From the NCBI GenBank assembly GCA_963810935.1, contig CAWEPK010000012.1, positions 192,001 to 256,000 of the forward strand: a stretch of DNA of 64,000 bases, in the 5' to 3' direction. This stretch comes from an uncultured delta proteobacterium (GTDB taxonomy: Bacteria > Desulfobacterota > Syntrophorhabdia > Syntrophorhabdales > WCHB1-27). The notes under the pieces were generated by a model. That model searched no databases. It saw only the letters and a program-made list of their open reading frames with translations, and was not told the DNA's origin. Numbering within the stretch: the stretch's first letter is position 1; each line of letters opens with the position of its first letter. Made by a program: the position numbers and the translations under genes. Positions 29,423 to 40,492 of the stretch are shown piece by piece.

Positions 29423-30121
29423 ATGGAAGCGTTCGGCAGGAGTTTTCTCGACGAAATGAAGGCGCGGTTCGAGATTGATCTGGCTGGGGTGACGACCATC
29501 GAGAGCGCCCGTTCCCCGGAGTTGGAGAAGAGGGTTCATCCCCTCCTGCCCACTGCGCGGTCGGTCGTGGTCTTTGCCAAGGAGATATACTCTGAAGTCG
29601 TAGACCTACTGAGGCCTTCAAACGAGGCCGGCGAGGCGCACGGCGGGGTACTCCTACCCGTGCATTCGGAGTACCTAAACGGAAGGCTCAACAGGGGAGT
29701 GCATGAGCTGGCCGTACACTTCCGGCGACGAGGTTATCGCTCCCTGCCCCTTCCCGCCGTCGCCCCAACAGACCCGCGTTTCTTGGAAGCCCTTATCTCG
29801 TACAAGCACGTCGCAGAGCTCGCCGGCATGGGAAAGATCGGTTGGCACAGCCTGTTGATCACGGAGGAGTTTGGGCCACGGGTCAGGCTCGCCTGCCTGC
29901 TCACTGAGGCCGACATGGAGCCCTCGCCCCGCACCTTCGACGATCTCTGCTCGGGGTGCGGCGCCTGTGTGACACACTGCCCCGCAAAATCTTTGGAGGT
30001 TCCCGCTAATGACACGGCCTATGCCATGAACAAGTTCTCTTGCCGCGCATATCGACAGGCAGGGCTCACCTGCTCCGTCTGCATGAAGGTTTGCGATGAG
30101 GCCCTGGGCGGGCGACGGTAA
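29423..30121 (+). CDS. QueG/reductive dehalogenase-like 4Fe-4S protein
   Basis: SYKHVAELAGMGKIG, FGPRVRL, CSGCGACVTHCP and C..CSVCMKVC. Confidence 0.8.
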   Translation: MEAFGRSFLDEMKARFEIDLAGVTTIESARSPELEKRVHPLLPTARSVVVFAKEIYSEVVDLLRPSNEAGEAHGGVLLPVHSEYLNGRLNRGVHELAVHFRRRGYRSLPLPAVAPTDPRFLEALISYKHVAELAGMGKIGWHSLLITEEFGPRVRLACLLTEADMEPSPRTFDDLCSGCGACVTHCPAKSLEVPANDTAYAMNKFSCRAYRQAGLTCSVCMKVCDEALGGRR

Positions 30122-30290
30122 TGGCCTTTGCTTCTTTGTTCTTAAATTAGAGAAGTTTACCAGAGAGCCAAATCTTACTTGGCATGGGCTATATCTGCCA
30201 CCGATTGCCACTGGAACCGTTCATCTTCTCTGTTGAGGGGGCAATAAACGCCTTCAGGAAGAAGCAACTGAAAACCGCTTTACCGAAAAA

Positions 30291-30448
30291 GGGGCCGGAA
30301 GGTTTTCGTCGGGGCACCCGCCCGACGTGAGGAGGGGAGGGTCGTTCGCGTTGTTTTTCGAAGGCGCGCGGCGGAGCGTACTCTTTGTGTACGTGAGCAC
30401 GCCGCGCCAAGAAAAACAACGCGAAAGGCGCGGAAAGATCCCGGCCCC
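30291..30448. repeat. Family B long palindromic element
   Basis: Perfect 15-bp IR TTCGCGTTGTTTTTC (30345-30359) / GAAAAACAACGCGAA (30411-30425); inner GCGCGG/CCGCGC and GTAC hairpin; outer GGGGCCGG/CCGGCCCC. Confidence 0.8.
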
Positions 30449-30456
30449 CCACCCTC

Positions 30457-31877
30457 TTACCCCGGCTCTATGTGGATTACGCCCGGCTCAGACCTCTTGA
30501 CGCGCTCCTTCAGCGCCTTCTCCAGGTCTCCGTTGCCTCGCGCACTGCCGCCGCCCCTTCTTCCGGCCGCATTGTGCAATGCACCGTCACCATGAATTCG
30601 CCCGGCCCCTCTTCTTCTATCGACACTCGCGTGCAGCCGATAATGCCCTTCCTCTCCCTTACAACCGCCTGCACCGCGCGCGCGAGGCCCTTGTCCTTCC
30701 ACACGGATACGTCCCTTACCGCCCCGGTCCGCCAGTCGATATGCGTGTTGATCTCCCTGATCGCCGGGTTGTCCCGCCGTATGCGCGCCTCCAGGTCGTC
30801 GGCCATCGCGTGCGCCTGCGCGAGCGTCATCTCGCCCTCCATCTCCAGGTCGAGGTCCGCGTGCATCCTGCCTGCGTCGTCATGCACCATGATGTGGTGC
30901 ACGTTGAAGCCGCCCTGCGCGCCCACCGCCCTGATGCGCTCCACGATGTCTTCGGCCTCCTTCGGCACGGGCCGCACGGTCGCCGTGACGTCCGCGTCCC
31001 CGATATGCTCCTTGATCGTCTCCTCGACGCGCCGGCGGATCGAGTAGCCCGTCTCCACGTCCAGGTTCCTGTCGATATCGACGGTCAGGTCCACGAATGT
31101 CTGCTTGCCAGCCTCGCGGGTACGCACGTTCTCCACGTCGATCACTTCCGGCATGCCGGAGACGATGTCCTTGATTTGCTCAGTCCTGTGCGGCGACGTC
31201 CGGTCGAGCAGCACGCCCGCCGCCTTCCCCACGATGCGCAGCACCATGCGCACCACGATGACGAGGATGAGGCAGGTGGTGGCGATATCGATCACGGAAT
31301 AGACCGCGCCGTAGGCCAAGGGGGGCCGCCCCGACGCAGCAGCGTATGCGCGTGCGGCATACGTTGCAAGAACGCCCGCCAGTGCGATGGACGAGGTGAG
31401 GAAATCCGCGCTGAAGTGGACCGCGTCCGCCTCGATCGCCGCGCTTTTGTATCGTCCCGCTATTTTTGCAAGCGCGCGCGAGCGCTGCATGTCGCACAGG
31501 ATGGAGACAACGAGCACGCAAGCCGCCCAGATGTTCGGCTCGATAAGGACGGCCTTGAAAAAGAGCCTCTCGATCACCTCTCTGAGGATAAGGGCGATGG
31601 CGAAGAAGAGCAGGAGCGACTCGGTGAAGGCGGCCAGGTTCTCCGCCTTGCCGTGGCCGTAGGGATGGTCCGCGTCAGCCGGTTTCTCCGCATACCTGAT
31701 GGCGAAAAAGGTGACGAGGGTGATGAGGGCGTCGAGGGCGGAATGGAGCGCCTCGGAAAGGAGCGTCAGGTACCCTGTCGCAAGCCCGACCGAAAGCTTC
31801 AGGACCACGAGGAGAAGGGCCGTAGCCAGTGAAACGACGGTTACCCTTCTCTTTTCCGCCTGCTCGGTCATGATCAT
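30457..31877 (-). CDS. Cation diffusion facilitator with repeated C-terminal dimerisation domains, frameshift near 30520
   Basis: EALHSALD, HPYGHGKAE, ADAVHFSAD; C-terminal IHIEP in shifted frame. Confidence 0.88.
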
Positions 31878-31910
31878 TTAATGTAATCGCCGGACGACTT
31901 GCCCGCCCCT

Positions 31911-32653
31911 TCAGAAGGCATATCCGAGCGTCCCGCCTACGGACACCCGCGCCGTGAACTGCATCTCCAGGCCCAGCCGCAGGCGGTCTATCCCCATCAC
32001 GGCGAACCGCATGCCGAGGACGCCCCCGACCGGGCTGTCCGTCATTATCGAGCGGGACCATCCTGTGGCCGGCCCGTTCGCGGGGACCGTCTGCGCCTCT
32101 ATCCGCGATGCGCCGTAGTAGAGCTTCGGCCCGCCGTAAAGCACGAGTGGCACGGCAGGCGTCCATTCCCCCAGGAGCGCGAAAGAGACCGACCAGGGCT
32201 CTTTGACCTTCGTCGTGGTCGTGGGCCCGCCCGGCGTGCAGCTCACCTGCCTGAAGTCGCCCCAAGCGCGGTCCGCGTAAAGGTTGCCGCCGATATCGAA
32301 CCGGGGTCGGGCCGCCAGAAGACCGCCCTGCCCCCGATGCCGCTGTAAAGATTATAATTATCCTTGAAGCCCAGTTCCTGAATCTTAAGGTCCGTCCCGC
32401 CGAGCCGCGCAAAAATTTCCGTATCGCGGGTAGGCCGCCACGCGCCTTCTCCGAAGGTCTGCGACTGCTGGAACTTCATCCCTCCCCCGTCCTTCCAGTA
32501 GTCGTCATAGAAGAAATAGCCGGCGCCAACGGAGAACGCGCCCGCCTTCTGCTCCCCCATGCCGCCCGCCGGACCCAGCAGGCTCGCTGCATGGATATCC
32601 CCGGCAAAAACAACCATAACCATGACCACGATCAGCCCAGGCAGCCGTCTCAT
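31911..32653 (-). CDS. Predicted outer-membrane beta-barrel protein, frameshift near 32260
   Basis: Signal peptide, SVGAGYFFYDD similar to the 21219 paralogue, C-terminal GYAF. Confidence 0.6.
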
Positions 32654-32786
32654 GGAAATGTCCCGATTAGACTATTTTACACCATACGGCAGGCAAAGAC
32701 ACTTCCGCGTATAGACCTTTTCGGTCGTCTGGCAGTCCGGACAATATAACTCCACCCGCCGAAGAAAAATTATTCTGACATGCTTT

Positions 32787-32851
32787 TTGTCACCCCTGGT
32801 TGTCACCCCTCCATGTCACCTCTGATTGTCACCCCTGGTTGTCACTTTGAC
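32787..32851. repeat. Tandem array, 5 x 13 bp (TGTCAC core)
   Basis: TGTCAC at 32788, 32801, 32814, 32827, 32840; consensus TTGTCACCCCTGG. Confidence 0.9.
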
Positions 32852-32875
32852 AGGCAAATACGATCGGTATATGGT
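32847..32875 (+). promoter_or_regulatory. Sigma70 promoter overlapping the last repeat
   Basis: TTGACA-N17-TATGGT. Confidence 0.6.
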
Positions 32876-33062
32876 GTCATGACGGCGGGGCAGAAGAATG
32901 TGGCGGTGTGAACTTTTGGCCCGGTTAGAGCGACGAAAGAGAAAGGAGTAGCAGGACGTGGCGCCCGCAGTCAAGATAGAAGTGAAGGCAACAGATAACG
33001 TGACTCGCCCACTGCGATAAGGTAAGATAACATGAAGGAGTAGACACTGAGGGAGGGTAAAA

Positions 33063-35235
33063 ATGAAAAAGCTAAAGATAGATATAGAAAATTGTTACGG
33101 GATCAAGAAACTCAAGGCCAACCTGGATTTTGATAAAAAGAAAGCTAATGCTATTTACGCCCCAAATGGGGCAATGAAGACCTCCCTTGCCCAGACTTTT
33201 AAGGATATACAGATGGGGGTACCCTCGAAGGATCGGATATTCATAAATCGCGTGCCCAAAAGGAATATTACGGACGAAACCGGCCTTGATTTGGCTACGG
33301 AGAATGTCTTGGTTATATGGCCTTACCAAGATCGTGATGATATTCAGCAAACGGAAAAGACCGCAACTCTACTCGTGAATGCTCAACTTCGTCAGGAATA
33401 CACGAACCTCCACAAAGATATCGAAAAATCCAAAGAAACGTTCCTCAAGACCATGAAGAAGCAGTCGGGGTCAAAGAAGGACTTAGAAAATGAGATCATT
33501 CTCGCGTTTACGGCAGACGACCTCCGTACTGCACTTAATCGCGTACGGTATGAAATGGCGGAATTGAATGATGCTCCATTTGCTGAGATTAAATATGACA
33601 TCGTTTTTGACGATAAGAGTGTTAGAGGTTCTTGGCACGGGGGACGTTAAAACAGCCATCGAAGCGTATATAAAGAATACAACGAATTGCTGGCCAATTC
33701 GACATACTTCAAGAAAGGCGTATTTAACTATTATAACGCTCAGGCCATCGCTAGGGAATCTAGCTGACAACGGTTTTTTCACCGCCAAGCACTCGGTAAA
33801 CTTGAATGCAGACATGGAGAAGATAGAGATCAAGAGCCGAAAGCAGCTTGAAGAGATAATACAAAAGGAAAAAGACGGCATAACAAACGATCAAGAACTC
33901 CGAAGGAAATTCGACGACATTGAAAGTCTCATTCATGCAACCAAACAGCTTCGGGGATTTGAGGATTACCTGGGCGATCATCAGGACATTCTCGCAGAGT
34001 TGGCGGATGTCGATAGATTCAGGCAGAGGATTTGGAAGTCTTATTTTAAGGCACACTACGATCTTTACAATGACTTGGTTGAAAAGTATCAAAAGGCTGA
34101 GAAAAGAGAAGCTGAGATCGTCAACGAAGCTAAAAAAGAACGTACGCAATGGGAGGATGTTATTGATATCTTTAACAGCCGCTTTCTTGTCCCTTTTAGG
34201 TTAGAAGTGAAGAACAGAACGTCCGTAATGCTAGGTTTTGAGAAGATACCAACCTTGACGTTCACTTTCGTTGAAGGAGCAGAACAGGCACCTATGGAAC
34301 GTGAATCGTTATTGGCGGCTCTAAGCACAGGGGAGCAAAGGGCGTTCTATTTACTGAATATCATTTTTGAAGTGGAAGCTCGAAAGAAGTTACAGCAGGA
34401 TACGGTATTGATTATTGATGACATAGCCGATTCGTTTGATTACAAGAACAAGTATGCCATTATTCAATATTTGAAAGATATTTCCGAGGAACAATACTTT
34501 CACGAAATCATTTTGACGCATAATTTTGATTTTTTTCGCACGGTGAATAGCAGGTTCGTTGATTATCCGCATTCTTTTATGGCCGTAAAAAACAAAGATG
34601 GCGTTTCATTAGAACTGGCGACGGGCGTACATAAGCCTTTTTCTAAGGACTGGAGGCTGTGTTTCTTCGACGATCCGAAGAAGAAAATTGCCTCAATTCC
34701 TTTTGTCCGAAACTTGATTGAATATACAAAAGGTGAGGGCGCCCCTGAGTTTGTTAAACTCACCTCTTTGTTACACTGGAAGAAAGACTCTAAGAATATC
34801 ACCATACAGGAATTAGATGACATGTTTGCCGGGCTATGTTGTATGGCCCTTCCAGCGCAACATGATGGCAACGGTATAGTAGTTGATCTAATCGAGACTG
34901 AAGCTAAGAAATGCCTTACGGCCGACGAAGGCATCAATTTGGAAAACAAGATTGTCCTGTCAATCGCTATACGGATAGCAGCCGAGAAATTTATGGTGGA
35001 CAAGATCAAGGATCCTAAGTTTGTTGACAGTATAAAATCGAATCAGACAACCGATTTATTGGCGAAATTCAAGCAACTGTTCCCGAAAGATACGGTTACT
35101 ATCAAGGCACTTGATCTGGTGGCGCTTATGACACCAGAAAACATACACCTGAATTCATTCATGTATGAGCCAATCTTAGATATGTCCGATGAACACTTGA
35201 GGAAGCTGTATAAAGATGTTTTAGCCTTAAAATGA
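33063..35235 (+). CDS. ABC/SMC-like ATPase, PrrC/RloC-like architecture (putative defence); several frameshifts at 33620-33760
   Basis: Walker A-like YAPNGAMKTS, coiled-coil middle, signature LSTGEQRA, Walker B IIDDIADSFD, LTHNFDFF H-loop; AT-rich. Confidence 0.75.
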
Positions 35236-35307
35236 GAGGGTGCACTTGAGTAATCCCCGCGTTATCAAGAGTGTTTAATGTCCCGTCGCACGTGTCCTTG
35301 GAGCCTC

Positions 35308-35432
35308 GGCCTGAGTTATTTTTGATGGAATTCGCGTTGCTTTTCGAAGGCGCGCGGTAGAGTGTACGGTTCGCTACGTGAGCACGCCGCGCACTATAAA
35401 ACGACGCGAAGGCCGCCGAAAGAGCCAGGCCC
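35308..35432. repeat. Family B long palindromic element, second copy
   Basis: TTCGCGTTGCTTTTCGAAGGCGCGCGG..TACGTGAGCACGCCGCGC..AAAACGACGCGAA; outer GGCCTG/CAGGCC. Confidence 0.8.
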
Positions 35433-35433
35433 C

Positions 35434-35898
35434 TTATAACAACCCTGCCAGCTCTTCCACGAAACTCAACTGCCCCGGCTGTATCTTTTCTCTGGCTGCA
35501 TCAAGGGAGAACCACCCTGCCCTGTCCACTTCCGGAAACTCCCTCTCCATGCCTGAGCGCGGGGGCCACTCCATTATGAACGTGCTGCTTGTCAGCCGTT
35601 CCGGGTCGAAATCACCTTCGAACGCCCATGCGTAGACGGTCTTTCTGCTCTTGAGCACGACAGACCGCAGGGGCCGGTATTCCCCCGGCTTCGCCGCCGG
35701 CCGCATCCCCGTCTCCTCCTCGAACTCGCGCATCGCCGCGGCAAGCGTCTCTTCCCCTTCCTCGATCTCGCCCTTGGGGATCGACCACGCCCCCCTGTCC
35801 TTCGCTGCCCAGAAAGGGCCGCCGGGGTGGATGAGTAGCACCTGCGGGCCTTCCGGCCGCAGCCTGTACATCAATAAGCCCGCGCTTCGCTTCGGCAT
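35434..35898 (-). CDS. NUDIX hydrolase
   Basis: HPGGPFW, WSIPKGEIEEGE..AAMREFEEETG, FPEVDRA. Confidence 0.9.
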   Translation of the reverse strand: MPKRSAGLLMYRLRPEGPQVLLIHPGGPFWAAKDRGAWSIPKGEIEEGEETLAAAMREFEEETGMRPAAKPGEYRPLRSVVLKSRKTVYAWAFEGDFDPERLTSSTFIMEWPPRSGMEREFPEVDRAGWFSLDAAREKIQPGQLSFVEELAGLL

Positions 35899-35957
35899 AT
35901 GCACCCGCGAGTAAGACCGGCGCGGATGCCCCGGCCTGAGAACATGATAAGTTTTCC

Positions 35958-36979
35958 CTACCTTGAAGCCGGGCGGACAGAGACCCTGATGTTTGCGGTC
36001 TTCACGGGAGAATGGGGTTTCTCCCAGGGGCGGACGTATTCCATCGTTATCTCCGTGTTCCCCTTGCCGACTGCCAGGAAAGTGAAGACGTCCTCGCCCC
36101 CGCTGCCTACACGCCCGCCTTCAAAGGCCGCATAATCCGATTTACGAGCTTTACGATTTTGTCGTCAGGGGGAGCGGCCGGCCGCCACATGTAGCCCGTG
36201 GTCCTGTTCGAGCCGAGCCTGACTGTGAATTCCTTCCCCTCTTCGGCCATCACGACGACGCTGATCTGCTCGTTCTCCTTGCGCGTCTCCTTCTTCTTCT
36301 GGGGAAGGTCCACCCGCAGGAAACGGATGCCCATGAGCTTGCCCGCCCTGTCGAAATCGAACGAGTAAAAGACCGTGCCAAGCACCTCGCAGGCGTGGCA
36401 GAAATTGCGCAGCGTATACGCCACGATGAAGCCCTGGCCGCCGTTCGGCAGCGTCTCGATCTGTATTGGCTGCCTGGGCGGCCTGTCGCCCGGCCACATG
36501 GTGACCCTCGGGTAGCTCTTCTTTATCGACGCGTAAGTCTTGTCCTGCTCCATGCCTTCTTTGGGGAGCAGCGTTATGTCGTCAACGTCCACTATCGGGG
36601 GGTCGCCGTTGACGAGGAGCAATCCATAGTTCTCGTTGGCCCTGAAGGGATAGACGACCTGGGCGATATCGACGCGCCCCGTCTCCCGGAACTTGCGCAC
36701 AAACGCCCCGCCGCCAAAGGAGCGCGTGAAGGCAGCGGCCTCAGGAGAGGCCCCCAGCTCGCGCATCGCGTCCGCGAAGCACTCTTCCAGCTCCCGCCCC
36801 CCGATATCGACGCATTTCTGCCGCGCGAGCAGCACGGTCTGCCTGTCGGCGTTCCATACGGCCTCCGCACTGACGGCCCTCACCGGCTGCTTTTCGGGCG
36901 TAAAATCAATGGCCTGCGCAGACGATAAAAAGAGAAAAGCAGACACGATGAATAATGAAAGTATTGCCGCTACGCGCAC
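35958..36979 (-). CDS. Secreted protein with C-terminal chagasin/I42 protease-inhibitor domain, frameshift near 36140
   Basis: Signal peptide, CHAC; SNRTTGYMW then shifted VGSGG and YVRPWE, the three chagasin loops. Confidence 0.75.
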
Positions 36980-37095
36980 GATGCCTCCCACGGGCGCAAA
37001 AAAACTCCCCCTGGCACTACAAGGGGGATCAGGACAAGCGCCCGGCCATCTATTATGTGCCATAAAATACGGGTTTATTCAAGCAAAAGTTGATC

Positions 37096-37173
37096 ATTGG
37101 GGCTCAGCACCCCCTCCACCGGCATCAGCCGGATGGAGCCTCCCTGCTCGGCGCTTCGCATGCGCTCGCTTTA
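37096..37173 (-). repeat. Family A element, copy 6
   Basis: Minus strand GGGAGGCTCCATCCGGCTGATGCCGGTGGAGGGGGTGCTGAGCCCCAATG. Confidence 0.85.
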
Positions 37174-37176
37174 TAC

Positions 37177-37980
37177 TCATGCCCCCTGCGCTTCCGCCGA
37201 GGGCCTTTTCCTGCTGCGTAGGTATTTGTAGCCCATCCAGACGCCGACGCCCACGAAGACGACCTTGAGGTACCGCTCGGGAAGCAGGTTGGCCGCCTCC
37301 CCGCCGAGGTACCCGCCGATCAGCGCGCCGGCTACGAGCCCGGCCACGACGTGCGTAGCCACGTTGCCGAGCTTGTAGTGCGTGTAGGCGCCGCTCGACC
37401 CTATGAATACCATTGCCAGCAGGGATGTCCCCTGGGCGAGGTGCTGCCCCATGCCAGCGAAGATCACCATAGGCGGCACCATGATGCCCCCGCCCCCTAC
37501 GCCCATCATGCCCGATACGAAGCCCGCGAAGACTCCCGTCACGGCAAGGACCAGCGTCTTCGGCCAGAAAGAGAGGGCAAGGCTCGTGTGGATAAGGTAT
37601 CCCTTGAGAAGGAGCGAGAGGGAGATAAACATGAGGAAGGCCCCGAAGGCCCGCTTGAGCTTCAGCTCCGGCAGGGAATGGGCATAGAGGGCGCCTACGC
37701 GGGCAGTAAGGATGGCGCAGACGGCCAAAAGGAGCGCCATCTTCCAATCGACGGCGCTGTGCAGCGAATAAGACAGCGCGCCGACCGCGCCGGTGAATAC
37801 GACGGCGACGAGGCTCGTCCCGTGGGCCTTGTGCTGGCTCACGCCGGCGAGCAGCGTCATCAGCGGCACCATAATGGCGCCGCCTCCCACGCCGACGAGC
37901 CCACCGAAAAATCCGCCTCCGAGACCTGCGGCCAGCCCCACGAGCAGACGGAGGCGGGCCGATTTTTCACCTTGCATCAT
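37177..37980 (-). CDS. TauE/SafE (TSUP) family membrane protein
   Basis: Duplicated GxxGVGGG..MVP and AxGTSL motifs. Confidence 0.88.
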   Translation of the reverse strand: MMQGEKSARLRLLVGLAAGLGGGFFGGLVGVGGGAIMVPLMTLLAGVSQHKAHGTSLVAVVFTGAVGALSYSLHSAVDWKMALLLAVCAILTARVGALYAHSLPELKLKRAFGAFLMFISLSLLLKGYLIHTSLALSFWPKTLVLAVTGVFAGFVSGMMGVGGGGIMVPPMVIFAGMGQHLAQGTSLLAMVFIGSSGAYTHYKLGNVATHVVAGLVAGALIGGYLGGEAANLLPERYLKVVFVGVGVWMGYKYLRSRKRPSAEAQGA

Positions 37981-37995
37981 GAGACGCCATTATAG

Positions 37996-38071
37996 CAATT
38001 ATTGGGGCTCGCGTCGCCCCCTCCAGCGGCATCAGCCGCATGGAGCCTCCCCTTCATGAAAAGGAAGAGGA
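37996..38071 (-). repeat. Family A element, copy 7
   Basis: Minus strand CTTCCTTTTCATGAAGGGGAGGCTCCATGCGGCTGATGCCGCTGGAGGGGGCGACGCGAGCCCCAATAATTG. Confidence 0.88.
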
Positions 38072-38085
38072 TTTGGGGGTTCTTA

Positions 38086-39381
38086 TTACCCGGCCGGAGA
38101 CACGGGCGCCGCCTCGGGGACAACGGCCTGTCCCGGCCTGGCCATCTTTTTCAGCGCCAGCGCGCCAAAGCCTGATATTATCGCGGCCACTCCAATAACC
38201 GAGCAGCCGATGGTCCACCCAACCTCGAAACCCTGCGCTTTCGCATACGCCAGGGCAAGGGCCGTGATGAAGGTCGGCCCTATCATGCCGCCCACGCCCT
38301 TCGCCGTATAGACGATGCCGTAGTTCGTCGAGAGGTATTTCTCGCCGAAACGGTCGTCCGTGATGGGCGGGAAGAAGGCGAACATCGGCCCCGTGCAGAA
38401 GAAGGCCGCAGTCACCACGATCATGAAATAGTAAGGGTCGTGCGAAACGAACGGCAGGAGTATATAGAGAAGCCCGCACGCGATGAAGTCGATAAACATC
38501 GCGTTTTCCCTGCCGATCTTATCCGAGATCATGCCCCAGACAATCCTGCCTATGCCGTTTGCCGCTGCAAAAGCGGTAAAAGTGATGGTGAATATCGCGG
38601 CCGGGACCTTATAGTCGTTGGCCATCAGCTTGATGTTGGGCGTGAGGAACATGTATCCGACCGCCATAAAAACGAACATGAAGTACATAAGCCAGAACTG
38701 CCCGGTCCCCAGCATTTGCAACGGTGTGAGGCTCCTGGCCCCGGCCGCCTTCGCCTTGGCCGGACCGGCCGCCCGGCCGCCCGTGGTCTCGGGGAACCTG
38801 AGCACCTGGGCCACCAGGAGCAATATCACCGCAAACCCGATGCCCGTATAGAGGAATGCCGTCTTGCAGCCGTAATTTTTGACGAGGATCGTTATAAGCC
38901 ATCCGAAAAGGGCGGCCCCCGAGCCGAAGCCGCACGCCATGATGCCTGACGCCGTGCCCCTCTTGTTCGGGAACCATTTCAGCGAGGCCGCTATGCCGCC
39001 CGTATATATGAAGCTCGAGCCAATGCCCGCAACGCCGTAGGAGATGCACATCGGCAGGACCGTAGTGTGCGAGCCGATGCTCCCCCACCCGCCTGCCACC
39101 AGAATTGCCGCCAGAGAGAAAAAGATTTTCGTGCCGAACTTGTCCATCAGGTAGCCGGTAAGCGGACCCGCAAAGGTCATGCACGCGACGAACGTCGCAA
39201 ACGCGGCCTGGATTTCCACCTTCGAGAATTTCGGGTTCGACTTCAGGATGTCGGGGACAAAAAGAGCCCAGGCATATTGCAGGCTGGATATCATTACCAT
39301 GCCCAGGACGCCGGCTGTCAACATGACCCAGGGATTGTTCATGAAGCCTCTGTTTACGTTTTCAGCGGCTGGCTTTCCCAT
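38086..39381 (-). CDS. oxlT: Oxalate:formate antiporter (OFA-family MFS)
   Basis: ISSLQYAW, KWFPNKRG, NGIGR, NYGIVYTAKG; downstream of oor genes. Confidence 0.82.
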   Translation of the reverse strand: MGKPAAENVNRGFMNNPWVMLTAGVLGMVMISSLQYAWALFVPDILKSNPKFSKVEIQAAFATFVACMTFAGPLTGYLMDKFGTKIFFSLAAILVAGGWGSIGSHTTVLPMCISYGVAGIGSSFIYTGGIAASLKWFPNKRGTASGIMACGFGSGAALFGWLITILVKNYGCKTAFLYTGIGFAVILLLVAQVLRFPETTGGRAAGPAKAKAAGARSLTPLQMLGTGQFWLMYFMFVFMAVGYMFLTPNIKLMANDYKVPAAIFTITFTAFAAANGIGRIVWGMISDKIGRENAMFIDFIACGLLYILLPFVSHDPYYFMIVVTAAFFCTGPMFAFFPPITDDRFGEKYLSTNYGIVYTAKGVGGMIGPTFITALALAYAKAQGFEVGWTIGCSVIGVAAIISGFGALALKKMARPGQAVVPEAAPVSPAG

Positions 39382-39419
39382 TTGTTTCCTCCGTGATCGA
39401 TTCACCTCAAGGCGCCCCC

Positions 39420-39451
39420 GCAGGCCGGCTGCCCTCAGGCGGCCGGCCTGC
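39420..39451. terminator. Intercistronic hairpin between oorB and oxlT
   Basis: GCAGGCCGGCTGCC-CTCA-GGCGGCCGGCCTGC, no U-tract (possibly an mRNA stability element). Confidence 0.45.
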
Positions 39452-39478
39452 GAAGGTAAGGATATGGCGATGCCCGCC

Positions 39479-40492
<1,014 letters not shown>

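Noticed and set aside
29423..30121. Respiratory reductive dehalogenase (rdhA) or true queG
   Set aside because: Short, no Tat signal or rdhB anchor, and lacks the length and motifs of full QueG; kept as family-level call
32787..32851. 13-bp array as CRISPR or coding repeat
   Set aside because: No spacers; period is not a multiple of 3
32657..35285. 9-bp direct repeat AATGTCCCG as att sites of the ATPase island
   Set aside because: Short enough for chance; the left copy is in the OMP translation-initiation region; no integrase or tRNA
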